Assembly: GCA_964016885.1 (NCBI GenBank)
Contig: OZ024743.1
Span: forward strand, 281,356,001 to 281,420,000
DNA: 64,000 nucleotides
DNA from: Eledone cirrhosa
Taxonomy: Eukaryota
Reading direction: 5' to 3'
Shown here: piece by piece, positions 1 through 14,045 of the stretch
Layout of the letters: each line of letters opens with the position of its first letter
Position numbering within the stretch: the stretch's first letter is position 1
Program-made: the position numbers and the translations under genes
The notes under the pieces: model-generated
The model's input: the letters and a program-made list of their open reading frames with translations, nothing else
Database searches by the model: none
Told to the model about the DNA's origin: nothing

Positions 1-205
1 AGTACAGGACGATACAAAGTGGGTTTTGGTCGTGTAAACAGGTTATAACAAAATTGGGCTAGAAATCAAAAAAATTCAAACAACAAAAATTCCCCAAAAA
101 GGGGGAAACCTCCGAGGGTCACTCGTGGCGAAAACGACACAAAAAGACCACGGCCACCCTGACCACCAGGGAAAGCACCCTCTCTCAGTTTTCCCATTCC
201 TCAGT

Positions 206-3200
206 CTACAGGCGCATACTAAGAGCGGGCCCGTTCACTGGGACAAGACTCGCCACTTTCACCCACCTTTCAACAAACTTACAAGAAGATAGCACTTGCC
301 TCTCCACCCTGATTTTCCTCTTCAAGTGAAACTTGAAAAAGTTAATCAGAGATTAACTTTTTCAACTCTTTCAACATTTCAACCTTGTCCACCACACAAT
401 CTCTTTCGCCATGGCCACCAAGCAGATGAAAACTGCCTGCCCTTACTCCTCTTTAAAGGAGGATGGCGGGACTATCTGCACAATGGAATCAGTCGATAAC
501 CGGATCCGTCCTACACGCGACAGCAGCTGTTCGACATAGCTCCACAAGTCAGCAATCCTTGGGCACTGAACGAGTGCGTGCAGGACGGTTTCGTCTCCCT
601 GCGCACATCTCGGACAGGCTCGGCTGACAGCGCCTCCGTGCCTGTAGAGCTTATCCCGAACCGGCAACGCTCCCCGGTAGCACTGCCAGGCCAGGGATTT
701 CTGGAAATTGTCCATAAGCCCCGGTCTGAAAGTTCTCTTGAAGAGAGCGAACAGCTGAACGCCTTCGACGCCCAGGGTCTCCCCGAGAACGTCGTCGCTC
801 TTCCCTCCGAGGTGGATGTTCCACCAATACTAGTGCCCAGCTGGTAGAGAGCGGTGAGCGCTTGGAGACATTCCAGCTTCCAAGCGCTATCCCTCGGTCT
901 TTTCCTGATCCAAGACTACAGCTCCGTCAAGGAGACGAGCTGGGGAAAAGTGCGTCTAGCAAACGGCGACCACACCTGTTCACCGCCAAGGAAGCACGAG
1001 AGATGTCGCAGCCTCAGCGCATGTTTGCGCATCATCAGCCACGGCATGCCTAGTCCTCCACGCAACGGGTGTTGACAGCAAATGGATCGTCTGACCATGG
1101 AAGCACGTCCCTTCCACAAAAAGCGGAAGAGAAGGCGCTCCATTTTGGTCAGAGTTGGGCGGGGGCAAGGTACGACGATCAGGCGGTAGCAGATGACGGA
1201 TGCTATGTACGCATTCGCCAACGCCTCCCAACCTTTCAGAGACAGCCTCCTCTCGGCCCATTTCTCGGTGAGAGAGGCCACCCTGCTCGTCACCTCGCTC
1301 CAGTTTTTCTCCATCTGGAGGTCCGGACCGAACCAGACCCCGAGCAATTTAACCGGTCCTACCGTCCAGCGCCCCACCACGCTGTCGGACGGCATGGACT
1401 TGCCTCTCCAGGTGCCGACTTTTCCTGGTTTATCTTTTCTCCTATCACCGCTTCGTATTCCTTGAGAGCGGTGCCGAGCATCTGGACATGTTTGGTGCTC
1501 GACACCACCACGGTGACGTCGTCGGCGTAAGCTGACACGGATCTCCCGCATCCCAGTTCGCGTGGGACCCCTCCTCATCGTCTCCAATATGTGCAGTAAC
1601 GGCTCTAGGGCCAGTACATACAAGAGGGATGAGAGGGGGAAACCCCGGCAGACCGAGCGCATGATGCTGAACGGCTGCGACAGGTGACCATTCACCCTCA
1701 CAATCGAGCAGATGTCGCTGTCGCTGTGCATAGCAACGATCCAGCCCCTAAAAACGGGCCCGAAGCCGGCCGCCTCGAGGACCGCAGCCAGGTACCGATG
1801 GTCGACACTATCAAATGCTTTAGATTGATCCAAGTTGATCAGGGCCCCATCCGTGCCAGGTTCCTTAACCACCCTCTCTATGACGTATCGCATGAGATGG
1901 AGGTTGTCGTGGATGGATCTGTCCGGAATGGTGCATGCCTGCGCCTCTCCCACCAGATCACCGACGACAAGCGCCAATCTCTTTGTTAACACCTTGGCCA
2001 AAATCTTAAACGCTGCGTTTAGTAGGGTTATGGGCCTGAAGTTATCGATAACATCCCCCTTGTTAGGGTCTTTTCTCAGCAGCGCCACCGCTCACAAAAC
2101 TGGAAATGCTCCCGTTCTGCTGCCAGTTGCAGTAGTCGTCTGCCAAGAGGTCACCGAACAAGCCTGGCATAAATGCATAAAGCCCGTAGGGCAGACCATC
2201 CAAACCTGGCGATTTTCCCCTCGTGCAGTCAGACATCGCATCCCGTATTTCACCTGCTGTTATCGGCTTTTCGCAGCACTGCGGTCGTCGAGAGCCGCGG
2301 CAGTCCGTCGAGGTATGCACCGAAGTCCATACTCCGATCCGGCCCACCGCCGCTCCCGAACAATTGAGCAAAGTGCTGTTAAAAACCTGCACGTCTGCTC
2401 GAACAACATGCGCCGTTTTGATCAGGCAAAGACTGAATTGTGGACTTGATGCCACGTCGCGCCTCCACCACTCGGGCCCATTGAACGGCTTTCGTCCCCT
2501 CGTGTCTTAAAACACGCGCTCTAGCTCTGACAACGCAGCCTTCATGCTTTGCATTGAAGAATTGGTCGAGTGCCAATCTCGCCGCAAGCACGTCGGTTGC
2601 GATTCCTGTCCTAAACGCCTCTTCTAGCTTTCTAACTAACTCTCCCTCTACTCTATTTTCCTCTATCACTACTCCTTTGCTGAACCTTATCGATTCTACT
2701 CTAATAGCCATTTTCAGGGTAAACCACCACCTGTTGTTGACGATCGCACCCGTCAACGCGCGCTTAACTAATTCGCTAATCCGGTCTCTCTAAGTTTTGC
2801 GCGCCGGGAACGACGCGTTCAGCTTCCAATAGCCAGGCTCTTGCCTATGGAGCCTATCTAAGTAAACTTCACACATCACATATTTGTGGTCCGTGTACTC
2901 GACTACTTTAAATTGTGGACAACCTACACTAGCCTTATCTGTTTTCCTACAGAATTCCCTATCTAAATACGATCTGGATGACCCGAATCGGTTTGCCCAT
3001 GTCCAGATTGGCACATTCGGATAATCCAATCTATACCTGTCAGACAGTTCAAAACGTCTGAGCAGATTGTTGAGGCTTTTACACCCCCCTGCTCTGTCTA
3101 CTAGCCCCACATAATCCCAGCGTGCATCTAAGATACCGTTCCAGTCGCCCACTAACACTAAAGAGCGGGACGTTCCGAGAAAGGTCTCTAGACGTCTGAA

Positions 3201-3540
3201 GAAATCTGGCCATCCTGCTCCTGTTGGGGCGTAGACGGCTACTAGCCTGAAAGCATTGCCTTCGTTGCCTGTCACGTCCAGCACCACCGACTTACCTTCT
3301 GGGTCCAGGAAGATGACCCGTATGGCGAGATCCTAGCCTCTCCGAAAAAGCACAGCTGGGAGATGCGTATACAACGTCGCCACCGAAGATCGGTGCGAAG
3401 GCTCGTGCTTCGGAGATTCTGGTCTCGCTGATGGCCACCACATCTATGTTTAGTGACCTGAGGTCATTGAACAGGTGACCCTGCTTCCAAGATGACCCCA
3501 AGCCACGTACATTTATACTGCCTATTCTAAGTACGACCAT
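206..3540 (-). pseudogene. Tx1-like ORF2 (APE endonuclease, reverse transcriptase, C-terminal zinc motif), frameshifted
   Basis: Pieces in different frames: MVVLRIGSINVRGL, VAVYAP, LVGDWN, YTDHK, GYWKLN, KSPGLDGLP, FRPITLLN, DQSKAFDSVDH, KLLGVWFG, CPRCAQGDETVLHALVQCP; TAG at 206-208. Confidence 0.9.
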
Positions 3541-3617
3541 GTTGGATGAGAAACGGGGCAAGTGAGAAAGGATCACTTACCTTGATCGTGTAGGAAAGGG
3601 ACAGTAGAACCATCCCC

Positions 3618-5555
3618 TTAGCTGGTCATGGGTGTTTCCAAGATGATGTCGGTGTATATCCTCTTGGTAACCGACCCTCTGAAGTCTCCAACTGCGTTGA
3701 GGAATTTTTCTTTTAAAAGTTTGTAATGTATTTTAATTTCAATGATGTTTATATTTTTCGGGAGAGTTCTTGGTGTTGGTGGGGTGTAGTAATTTTTGTC
3801 TGTGATGTCTGTGTGCTGCTTTATATGTTGTAAGAGTTCTTTATTTACCATGTTTATGGCTGTGTACTTTTTTTTTGGGGGGGGGGGGGTTGTTGCTGTT
3901 TTCTTGTTGTTGCTGTTGGGTGTGTGTGTGTTTTGTTGTGTTTGCGATGTTGGTGTTTTTTGGTGATGCTTGTGGTGGTGTGGTTGTTGGTGGTGGTGAT
4001 GCTTGTGGTGGTGATGCTTGTGGTGGTGATGGTGATGGTGGTGGTATTGCTGCAAGTCTCCTTTCAGCCTTTACCCCTCTTTGTTTGCCTTCGCTTTTGG
4101 AGGGTTTTTTCTTTTTTCTTTTTTGTGGCCGACCGTTTGCTCCCGCCTCATACTCCATGTCGGATTCCGTGGCGTCTGGGAGGGGTATGGGCTCCACTGT
4201 TGCTGGTGGTGGTAGTGGAGCCCTCTCCGGCGATTTTGCCGCCGGTGTAGCTACTGCGACTGTTGGTGTTGCCGCCACTGCTGCCGCTGGTTTAGTTGTC
4301 CGTGGCCTGGGTATGGGTGCCACGGACGTTGCCCTACTACTCACCATGGAAGGGTCTTCTGCCTCTGTTGCCTGCCCTGCTCTTGGTAGCAGCGGATCAG
4401 GCGTAGAAGGAGGGGACTCTCTTCTTGGTTATCTTCTGCAGGCAGAAGGCCCTGAGGTGACCCTTCTGCCCACAGAGATAGCACTTTGGGCGCCCTCCTT
4501 CCACGCTTATAGGGAGTTGGAGTCCTTCCTCGAGGTCTATGATATCTGGGATGGTCTCGATGCACTCCTGGTCAGTTTGTATTAGCATTTGCATGCCTAT
4601 TCCTGACCAATTCTCTCTTCCCATTCTCTGTATTTGCAGTATGGTGGTCTTCTCTTCGATTCCAGCCAGTACAGACGCGGCCAGCCAAGGTATGGGCACG
4701 TCGGGCGGGACCTGGGTCACTTTGACCCTCACAATTTTTTGCCCGCAGTAGGAGGGCACCAAGACTATCTCCTCACTCTTTAGGGTTTCCAAAGAGTGAG
4801 ACTTCGCCTCTTGGGGGGTGGCGAAAAGTACGTCTACTGTGGTGTACTTTTTGCCTCGGGTGATGTGGGTTTTGCGCACCCAGACCCAACCCAGGGCCTT
4901 TTGGATTTGAGCCTCCGTGACTCTCTCCACCCGATGTGATATTTTGCTTACGGTGTGGTAAGTCACCGTGCGCAGCTGCTGGTCTTTGAAGAAATCGGGT
5001 GGAGGTTTCAGGGAAACTCTATTGTCATTTCTTGTCACCATGGCCCTTGTGACCGCCATCTCCTCCTCCGTGACTAGCACTGTCTCTATATTTCGGGCCA
5101 CACCTGCGAAAGAAGTGGCCCCTTTTTTAATGGCACCATTATTGCTGCCGCTACTGCTGTTACTGTCTTGTTGTTGGTGTTGTTGCTGTTGCTACTGCTA
5201 CAAACGGTGTTGTTGCTGTTATCACTGTTGTAGTTGGTTGTGTTTTTGGTGCCACTGTTGTTGTTGTTTTCGGTGCAATTTGTATTGTTGCTGTTGTCGT
5301 TGTTTATTTTCTTGTTAGTGGTGTTAATATCGTTGTTGCATTTATTGTAATTTTTTTCTGTTGTCTGTATTTTGGTTGTCGCTGTTATTGTTGTAGTTGG
5401 TGTGGTAATTTTTTAAAAATTAGTGTTCTCAGTGTTGTTGTCTTTGTTCACGTTGTTTGTGGTGGTGTTTGTTGTATTAATTTCTGTAACCCTCCTCTCT
5501 AGTTTTTCGCCGTTGTCACACAGCAGACATATTGTTGGGGGCGTGGCTCAGCCAT
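3618..5555 (-). pseudogene. Tx1-like ORF1 (gag-like, zinc knuckle), frameshifted, low-complexity termini
   Basis: CYLCGQKGHLRAFC (CX2CX4HX4C) in ORF 4397..5101; basic PQKRKKKK and Pro/Thr/Gln-rich segments in neighbouring frames; start position uncertain. Confidence 0.75.
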
Positions 5556-5765
5556 GTTTTATTTTTTTTATTTTTAAAAGTAAAATGTTCAAATATTTGG
5601 GCCAAAATTTATTATACTTTCTCTTTCACAGGGCAAATTCCAAGGGCTTATATCCCTTACACAACAAGAAAAATTTAACAACAAATAATTATAACGGGTA
5701 AATAAAGCGACTTACTGGGAGCGAGCAAAAAGACGTCCGAACAGACCAATAATAATAATAATAAT

Positions 5766-5827
5766 GGTTTCTTTATTGGCCACAAGGGCTAACATGAAGA
5801 AAAACATTACAAACGGCACAGGACGAT
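5766..5827 (-). mobile_element. Short 3'-terminal stub of a related Tx1-like copy between (AAT)n tracts
   Basis: ggcacaggacgata (5815-5828) resembles agtacaggacgata at window positions 1-14; minus-strand AATAAA at 5772-5777 followed by (ATT)n. Confidence 0.55.
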
Positions 5828-6487
5828 AATAATGATAATAATGATAATAATAATAATAATAATGATGATGATGATGATGAGGTTACAAATTAGATTTTTT
5901 ATTTGGTTTGATAGTCCTGGCAAAGCTCGATTAAATAAATTCTCTATCGGTGTACTACAAAGAATCTTTGGCTCTCTTGAGAAATAATATTATCTTTGAA
6001 TGAAGAATGTGATCGGTTGGAAGTGTTATTGAGATCTGGAATTGAGTCAGCAATTGTTATGTCTGATGCCATAAACTTAACCCTTTTCACCTGGAGATGT
6101 CGGGCATCGTGACAAATTATGGCGGAAGAGAGCGTGTCTACTGCACTATTACTTCCGTGGACATACGCAAACTTATCCTTACATTCCAGTAAGCCAGCTT
6201 CTTCCACGTAACCCTTTTGATAATAAACCGCCTGAAACTGACCCTGATTCTACAATACAAAAACTATTTGTTTTAAAAACATGCCATCGTAATTTTATGT
6301 AAGAATCTTTGTTAAGTTATGTTCCAAAAACCAACTTAATAATAAGAAAGTTAGTTATATTACAAAATCCATCCAAATTGTTGATTATTTTCAAAATTAT
6401 TAGAAACGTTTAGGAAGTGTCTTTCATTAGAAATATGGTAATGAAAACGTTAAAGCTGAGCTTCAACAAAACCCAGCTTAACAATGA

Positions 6488-6895
6488 TTTCTAATTTAGG
6501 TACAAGGCCAGTAATTTGGGGGGAATGGGAAAGTCGATTATTACTGGTACTTTATTTTATCGATATCTGAAATAATTTGAACTCAGAACGTAAAGGTCTG
6601 TAACTAAATGCCGCAAAACATTTTGTCCAGCGCGCTAATGATTCTGCCAATCCGCCGCCCTAACCCAGCATAATAAACATTTCTACTATAGGCACAAGGC
6701 CAACAATTTGGGGAGAAGGGAAAGTCGGTTAAATCGACCCCAGTGCATTACTGGTGCTTTATTTTATCGACCCCGTAAGGATGAAAAGCAAAGCTAACCT
6801 CAGCAGGATTTGAACTCAGAACGTAAAGTTCTGTAACTAAATGCCGCAAAACATTTTCCCCGACGCTCTAATGATTCTGCCAATCTGCTGCCCTA
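6488..6895 (-). mobile_element. Two adjacent copies of an abundant tRNA-derived SINE (further copies near 11345, 12600-12950, 17117, 21926, 41700, 62740)
   Basis: Recurrent module ggcacaaggcc..gtcg..tactggt..ttattttatcga..gatttgaactcagaacgtaaag; minus-strand B-box-like GAGTTCAAAT. Confidence 0.75.
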
Positions 6896-9689
6896 ACCCA
6901 GCATAATAATGAAATGTTTGATAATGAGAAAGTTAATTATATTACTAAATCCCTACAAATTCTTTGTTATTTTCAAAATGATTTGAAAATCATAGGCAAT
7001 GTCTTTCATCAGAATTTTAAATTCCAATCGGCAAATCAGAGGTAAAATAGTCTGACCTCGAACACTTTTGCAGCACATCTATCTAATTTCACGATACACC
7101 CGCGTAATTTCATTACATATAGGTCAGAAATAATTGCCGTGGGTGTACTACATAAAAACTAGGGGGAAAAAACAAGAGAACATCTAGGTGATCGCTCTAA
7201 ATGTTAGAAATAGTGGTCAAATTTCTCTCAAATTACTCACTACACATTTTTTAACCAAAAGAATACATCGGATGTTATAGTCAGAAGTGCACTATACCTG
7301 AAAAGATGGTCATAGTTATAATGTCTTTGATCATAGCTCTGCTTGATCAGGACCGACATGGGGTTAAACAACAATAACAACAGCATAGAAACTAAGTCTT
7401 CAGTTGTGTCTCTTCAACATCAACTGCTATAGAACTTGGAATTTTCTAGCTCCACGCAGTTCTATAAGATATTCACCAATCATATACTGCTGCTGCTGTT
7501 GTTTTTGTTGTTGTTGTTGTAACAGCTCTAGTGGATGCAGCATGGCCGAACGGTTGAGAAGTTCGCTTCGCAATCATTAGGTCCTGGGTTCGATCCCATT
7601 ACATGGCCTCTTGTGCAATGATCATTTAACATAATGTAGCTTCGAGTCGATCCATGCCTTGTGAGTGAAATTGAGTTGACGGAAACTATTTGGAAAGCCC
7701 TTGGATGGAATATACTAGTAATTATAAGGCCCAACCATATTACATACTGCGTCATGTTGAACATCTCTGAGAATTAAGTTAAAGGTACACGTGTCTGTAG
7801 AATACTCAACCACATACACGTTAATTTCATGAGCCAGTTGTTCCTTTGATCGAACAACTGGAACATTCATCATCGAAACCGACGGAAGTCCATTCGATGT
7901 AACGTTTCGCAGTAGTATAGGCTTCAACGGCCTCCAATATTATAGCATCTAATAGGAGGATTCTTATATGTTTGAATGATAGGGAGCCTAATGTTGTTGC
8001 TTAGCCACAGGTCTACCCTTGTCGAATAGACAGGATTAAAGGCATTCCTCTTTTTTTTAGGTGTACACAAAACTAATGTCTCCTTTTTTCCTATTTAAGA
8101 TGGCATGGTACGAATTGAAGAAGATCTTGTTGCTGTTTCCGTTGGGACCAGCGGTCACGTGCAGGTTCCCTCACTGGTTCATTGACTGTGTTGTTGTTGT
8201 TGTTGTTGCTATTGATGATGATAATGATGATGATGTTGTTGATGTTGTTGTTGTTGTTATTGTTGCTGTTGCTCCGGGTTTCAGTTCTGATCAAACAGAC
8301 TTATGATCAAAGAGTTTCCATCCGTGACCCTTTCGTGTTTTCTTGTGCTCAGGAAACACAAGGCAATGCGTTCTTTTCTAAGTATGATTTGCGGGAGACT
8401 TGGCTGCTATTTCTGGAAGGTCAAGCAACCTCATAGAGGTTCCCTTGTTTGTTCTTTAGTATTACTGATTTGTGACAAAGATATTGTTATCGTATAGCTC
8501 CTGGTCATCACTGATCAAGCAGACCTATGATCAAATAGTATTCCAGCCGCGACCGTCGCGTCTTTTTTCTCCTTTCGGTTACTCAGATATAGTGTATCTA
8601 GGATTACATCATCAAATGTCTCTGTTATTTCTTTTTTTATACAGTCGGGTGTGATTTGAAGGAGATTTGGCTACTATCTCTAGCAGATCGAGCGACTACG
8701 TAGAGTCTGCTTGGCTGGTTCAATGGTAGTAGTGGTGGTATATGATGACGTAACATTGAACTCTAAATGAGAAGCGAAAACCAGAGAGTCGTGTATATCA
8801 CTGAGTGTAAAACTATTTCTAGTAGACTGGTCAGTGGGAAACATCAAATTTAATGAGATATTAGATCAAAAGTTACAAACGTCCGTTATTCAACGACCAA
8901 CATAACTAATGATCATTTTTATTAATCCCAATGGAAAGAAGGAAGCCAGTTCAAACATTTTCTGTCCCTATTGAGTAAGACGTTAAAACTGACCAGTCCG
9001 CAACTGTACCGTCAGCAAATGAGGCAACGTATCTGATAACTCGATTATATAAGTTTTTAATGTAATTTGGTGGGTGCTGATATTGCCGATCTACACGTGA
9101 CCTCCAAATAGATAACGTTAGCTTTTAAGCTTTTAACCCTTTTGATACTAAACTGCTTCAAACTGCCCCCGACCACCGTTCTACAATACAAAACTGTTTG
9201 CTTTAAAGTGTTTACAGTATATTAATCTAAAAACTTTCTATCATGATTTTATGTAAGAACCAGATAAATAATTAGAAAGTTAGTTATATTACTAAAACCC
9301 GCTAAATTCTTAATTATTTTCAAAATTATCTGAAATATGGTAACGAAAGGGTTGATGTCGATTTTGAACAAAGATGTGTACTGCAGGCAAACCAATATTA
9401 TACAACACGATTTCAAAACCTCGACTTGAAAGTCCTTTTGCTTCACTTTCGCCATTAATGTATTTGAGAAATGCATGAATGTTATAATGTTAAAATATTT
9501 CATCTGCTCGTCACTTAAAATATTCCTTACCATATTCCTAATTAAAGACATTGCCTAGCAAATAATCGAGAACTTTAATAAATCTAATAAATTAACTTTC
9601 TCATCATAAAACTGTTGTTTATAGCTTAACTTAACAAAGATTCTTACATGAGATTAGATAAATATAAACACTTTAAGATATACAGCTTT

Positions 9690-10010
9690 GTATCAGAGAT
9701 CGGAGAGTCTCCATGTAGAGCCGCTACTTCTCAGAATTGTGAGATCACAGCTCCAATACTATGGGTATGTGGTTAGAATGTCTCAGGAAAGAATCGCTGG
9801 ACAGATTTTACTGGAAAACCCAACCGGCAAGAGACCCAGGAGTAGACTCCGAGCAGGATGGTTGGATAACATCCATGAGCTTGGCTGGTCACGCTTGGGG
9901 ATCCAGTCGGATCAGTTGGAGATGGTAGCTTCTGACTGGACCTGCTGGAAGGAGTGTTTGAGGACCCTTCCCCCACGACCCTCTCAGAAATAAGTGGGCA
10001 AAGAAGAAGT
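9690..10010 (+). mobile_element. RTE-clade LINE 3' fragment
   Basis: EPLLLRIVRSQLQYYGYVVRM...GKRPRSRLRAGWLD; homologous to 22390-22775. Confidence 0.75.
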
Positions 10011-11076
10011 ATTGAAGAACAAGGAGCGGTTTCAGACAGTTTGGTATCAAACGGGATTTAAAATATAACAGATTCCTGCCAAGCATTAAAAAAGAAAGGA
10101 CAAAATAATCAATTGAAATTTGGTGTGCGCGACTCAGTAACAACAAGGCGGCGAATTGGTAGATATGTTAGATGGAATGAAATGCTTTGCGGTATTTGTT
10201 ATTTGTCTGAGCTGAATTCAAATCCCTTCTTGGTTGATAAATAAAGTACCAGTTTAGGAAGGCAAATTAGTGGGATTGGTAGATTGTTGGACGGGTTGCT
10301 TTACGATATTTATTTCGTTTCTGTGCATCGTAAGTTCAAATTCTGCCTCCAGTCATCAGGAAAATAGTGACACGATAGGACTGAGGCTTTTATCATGAAC
10401 AAAAATGCGAAATCTCCTATGAGATGCAACCTCATGGGAGGCTGACTAGACCTAAGCATGAACCACAACAACAGCAACAAAAATAACAACTTTGCAGCAA
10501 TATGGCTCAGCCAAGAATTGAGCCATTTCGTTTCACTTTCACCACATACAAACTCCGATAAAGAACCATAAAGTGAAGAGAACCAACAACCTATTTTCCA
10601 TTAAAATACACAACCTTTGTGTCTACTCAAAATCAACCACAGGTACTTAATTCTCGATAGTTCGGTCCGTCTAGGTACCATAGCGGTGCACATTTCACCA
10701 CTTCAAACAGCAGCAATACTATATCACAGGTGTTTATTTAGCTTGAAATTCAGGGTTCAGAGTATTTCAACACATTTGTTCTGTTTCGTTTCTTTACAGA
10801 TGCCACACCTCATCCCCACTCCCCAACCACACATGAAGTTATCTTATATTGACAATCCTAATAAAATGGAAAGATGTAAATTAGTTAGCATGATGGCGGC
10901 GATGGGATGATAATGAAGACAGTTGTAGATAACAAGTAATTTGTCTATACTATGGTAAGTGCTGTATTATTACACCAGAAATATTAGACACAACATGCAT
11001 TCGCGTCTAAAGTAGTTCCAATCATCACTATACAAACAAGAAGCTATAAACCAAAAATACCGACAATCATCTAATA

Positions 11077-11260
11077 CAGGCATGTCAAACATGCGGCCCT
11101 TTACAAGCACAACTGCGGGCCGCACAAAGGTTTTTACAGCGCGAGCATGTTTTATCTTCATAAAATTAGTTATATGCGGAATTAGTTGTTGTGTGTGGCC
11201 CTCAGACAAAACATATGTGACCCATGGGGCCCTCGAGGGACCGTCAGTTTGACATGTCTG
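11077..11260. mobile_element. hAT (Charlie-like) MITE
   Basis: TIRs CAGGCATGTCAAAC / GTTTGACATGTCTG; 8-bp TSD atctaata / ttctaata. Confidence 0.85.
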
Positions 11261-11898
11261 TTCTAATACACCATACTGTACCTGGCTTTTAACCACCAAT
11301 ACACCATACACCAGCTCTACTGGCTTTTTAACCATCAATGTTGATTTCTAACATTGGTACAAGGCCTTAAATCTTGGGAGAGGATATAGTTGATTAGAAT
11401 CATCCCCAGTTTCTGACAGGTATTTTATTTAATCGATTCTAGAAGGATAAAAGGCAAAATTGACTTTTGTGGCATTCGAAATCAGAACTTAAAAAGATGT
11501 AAGTAAATTACCGCAAGTCATTTTGTCCGATATTGTAATAATTCTACCTTTACATGTCAGTTTGTTCGGCGCTCTACCGATTCCACCAATTCACAACCAT
11601 GTTGTCCATAACTCTTCCAATTCCCCCAATCCACTGCCCAGACAGTAGTAACAACTGATGTAATCAATAGTCCGCGAGTCAAGAAAGTGGGAGATCGGTG
11701 ACCTGGGTTCGTATCCTGTTATCGGTGATTCGGAGGTTTTCTATGTCGAAAACATTTAATCCTTTGCTTTCCAACCCATGTAACTCCAAGTAAGTATTTT
11801 AAATACAGCAACATCACTATAAATTTACAGAATTTATTCGTTGACTAACCATATTCAGAGTAAAGTCAACCAGTGGGGAAAATTACCTGCGTTAACAT

Positions 11899-12093
11899 CA
11901 GACCTGTCAACTCTCACCGTCCGATGGGGAGATCTCCCGCCCACTTTGATGTGGGTGAGAGATGTCTTCTCTTGTGAAAATGGGTGTGGCTTTCATTATG
12001 TAAAATCTCCTCCATTTTGCCTCATTTCTCCTCGTTTTGTGGCACATTTTTCATGGTACTCCCCGTTTGGGTTTTTAGAGGTTGGCAGGTCTG
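11899..12093. mobile_element. hAT-like MITE
   Basis: TIRs CAGACCTGTCAAC / GTTGGCAGGTCTG; flanking duplication ttaacat. Confidence 0.75.
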
Positions 12094-13789
12094 TTAACAT
12101 TGATGTCCTATCTCTGGTTGGTGAGGAAGGTTTGGAGATTAATCTCTAACACCAACAAATCTAAGCAACTTCATAGCAAATCGCACAACCAGCTTTAAAA
12201 AAAATGACCTTTTTGTGCGTACGAAAGATTTGCTACATAGTAACACGACCTCCTAAAAATAACAGCCAAATTTCTACCAAATCACACACTACCATTTAAA
12301 AAAAGAAAGGACGCTGGGGTTTATGGCGTCTTAAATACACTAAACATGAATAAAAGACTGGGGTTCATGGTTGAAATACCTTTGATTATAGGACTACTTG
12401 GGAATTTTATCGATTCGTCATGAAAGGGGCAGGCCCATAACCCTTTTTAGGGCCAACAAGACTGGCGGGGGGGGGGGATGAAGTTATTTCCAATCAAGAG
12501 ATTTGGTTAGAATGTTTACAATAGATTAGCCTCCCCCCCCCCCCAAAGACACCCCAAAACCAGGAGATGGTGTTTAATCGGGCGATGGGTTACCTCTACC
12601 ACCGATGTAAGCCACAGCGGATTTGATCTCAGAAGGCAAAGGACTGGAACAAATACCGTAGGGCATCTAGTCCAAAACTGTAAAAATTCCACCAACTGAT
12701 ACTCTATTTATTGTACACAGGAGGATGAAAAGTATAACTGACCTCGGTGGGATTTGAACTCATAAGACAAAGAACCGTAAAGTATCATGTCCAACGCTCT
12801 AGCAATTCTGATATTTTATTCATCGTACCACGGAAGGATGAAAGACAAATTTGACCTTGCCGGGATTTGAACCTAAAACGCAAAGAGACGTGATAAATAC
12901 TGTAAGGCATTTCATTTGATGCTTCTAACACTTCTGCGAATTCGCCGCGCATTACCAATTCGTGTTAAACAAACAACAACGAGAAAGTACAATTAAATAC
13001 ATTACGTCTGAAAGCAAAAAGACGAGTGGTTCTGAAATAGCAACGTCTTTGATCATAGTTCTACTCGATCGGAGCTGGCTTGAAGCTAAATAACAACATC
13101 ATCATACAAACATATTTAAATTAACATAATTTGTGTTAACATATTTAAAATGGCTGACAGTGCGAACTGTATAATTTTGGTGTTCTTCAACTAAACCTAA
13201 GTATGTGTACATTAAGTTGGGATTTTAACAATTTTATTTTGATATCTTTTATCATTACCGTTGTCGTTGTTTGTTTCTTGTTGTTGTTGATGAAGTTGTT
13301 GGTATTGATGCTGTTGTTAATTTGTTGTTGATGATGATGATGTTGGTGCTTTTGTTGTATTTAATATAGTGAAAGTAATCAGTTTTGCGAACAGTGAGGC
13401 CGCCATCATAATTCTGAAATCACTCGATGTCCGTCGAATGCAACCAATCGGAACGTAAATGGACAATCGAAAGCAATAGTAAGTGAACGGATAAGGGAAT
13501 GGAAGAAAACAAAAAGAGATAGAGAGAGAGAAAATGATAGAGAATAAAGAATGGGAGAGTGACAAGATAAGTTGGTGGAGTAAGAGAAGTAAAAATAAAG
13601 GAAGGTGAGGAGATGGAGAATATAAAAGAAACGGAGGTTGTTGTGGAAAAAGGAGGGGGAGGAGAGTAGAAGGGGGGTTGGCTGGAGTGATGCTGAAATA
13701 CATATTCAGTTTTAACAGGTTGCTTTTGCTCTGTACATACATGGTAGTAGTATAAATGGTATTAAGGGTTGTGGAGAAATATACACACA

Positions 13790-13833
<44 letters not shown>

Positions 13834-13985
13834 ATGCATGTATATACGCACCTACATACATGTGAATGCGTACATTACATATTTGTATATATATAGCAAC
13901 ATACACACAACTTTATGTACATAAATGGAGAGAAGGGGAGGAAGAAAGAACGTGAAACATATATATATATATATTATGTGTGTGT

Positions 13986-14045
<60 letters not shown>

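Larger units (their letters stand above)
1..5747 (-). mobile_element. Near full-length Tx1-like (L1 clade) non-LTR retrotransposon, decayed; 3' terminus just outside the window
   Basis: Gag-like ORF1 with CCHC knuckle followed by ORF2 pieces (APE endonuclease, RT, C-terminal zinc motif); 5' end abuts (AAT)n at 5748. Confidence 0.9.

Noticed and set aside
3618-4055. Poly-histidine protein
   Set aside because: The His run is an alternative-frame reading of the (CAC/CCA)n low-complexity part of the Tx1-like ORF1
8061-8306. ORF after an acceptor-like tttttttag
   Set aside because: Made of a repeat fragment similar to 8380-8450 and 8660-8720 plus (GTT/GAT)n
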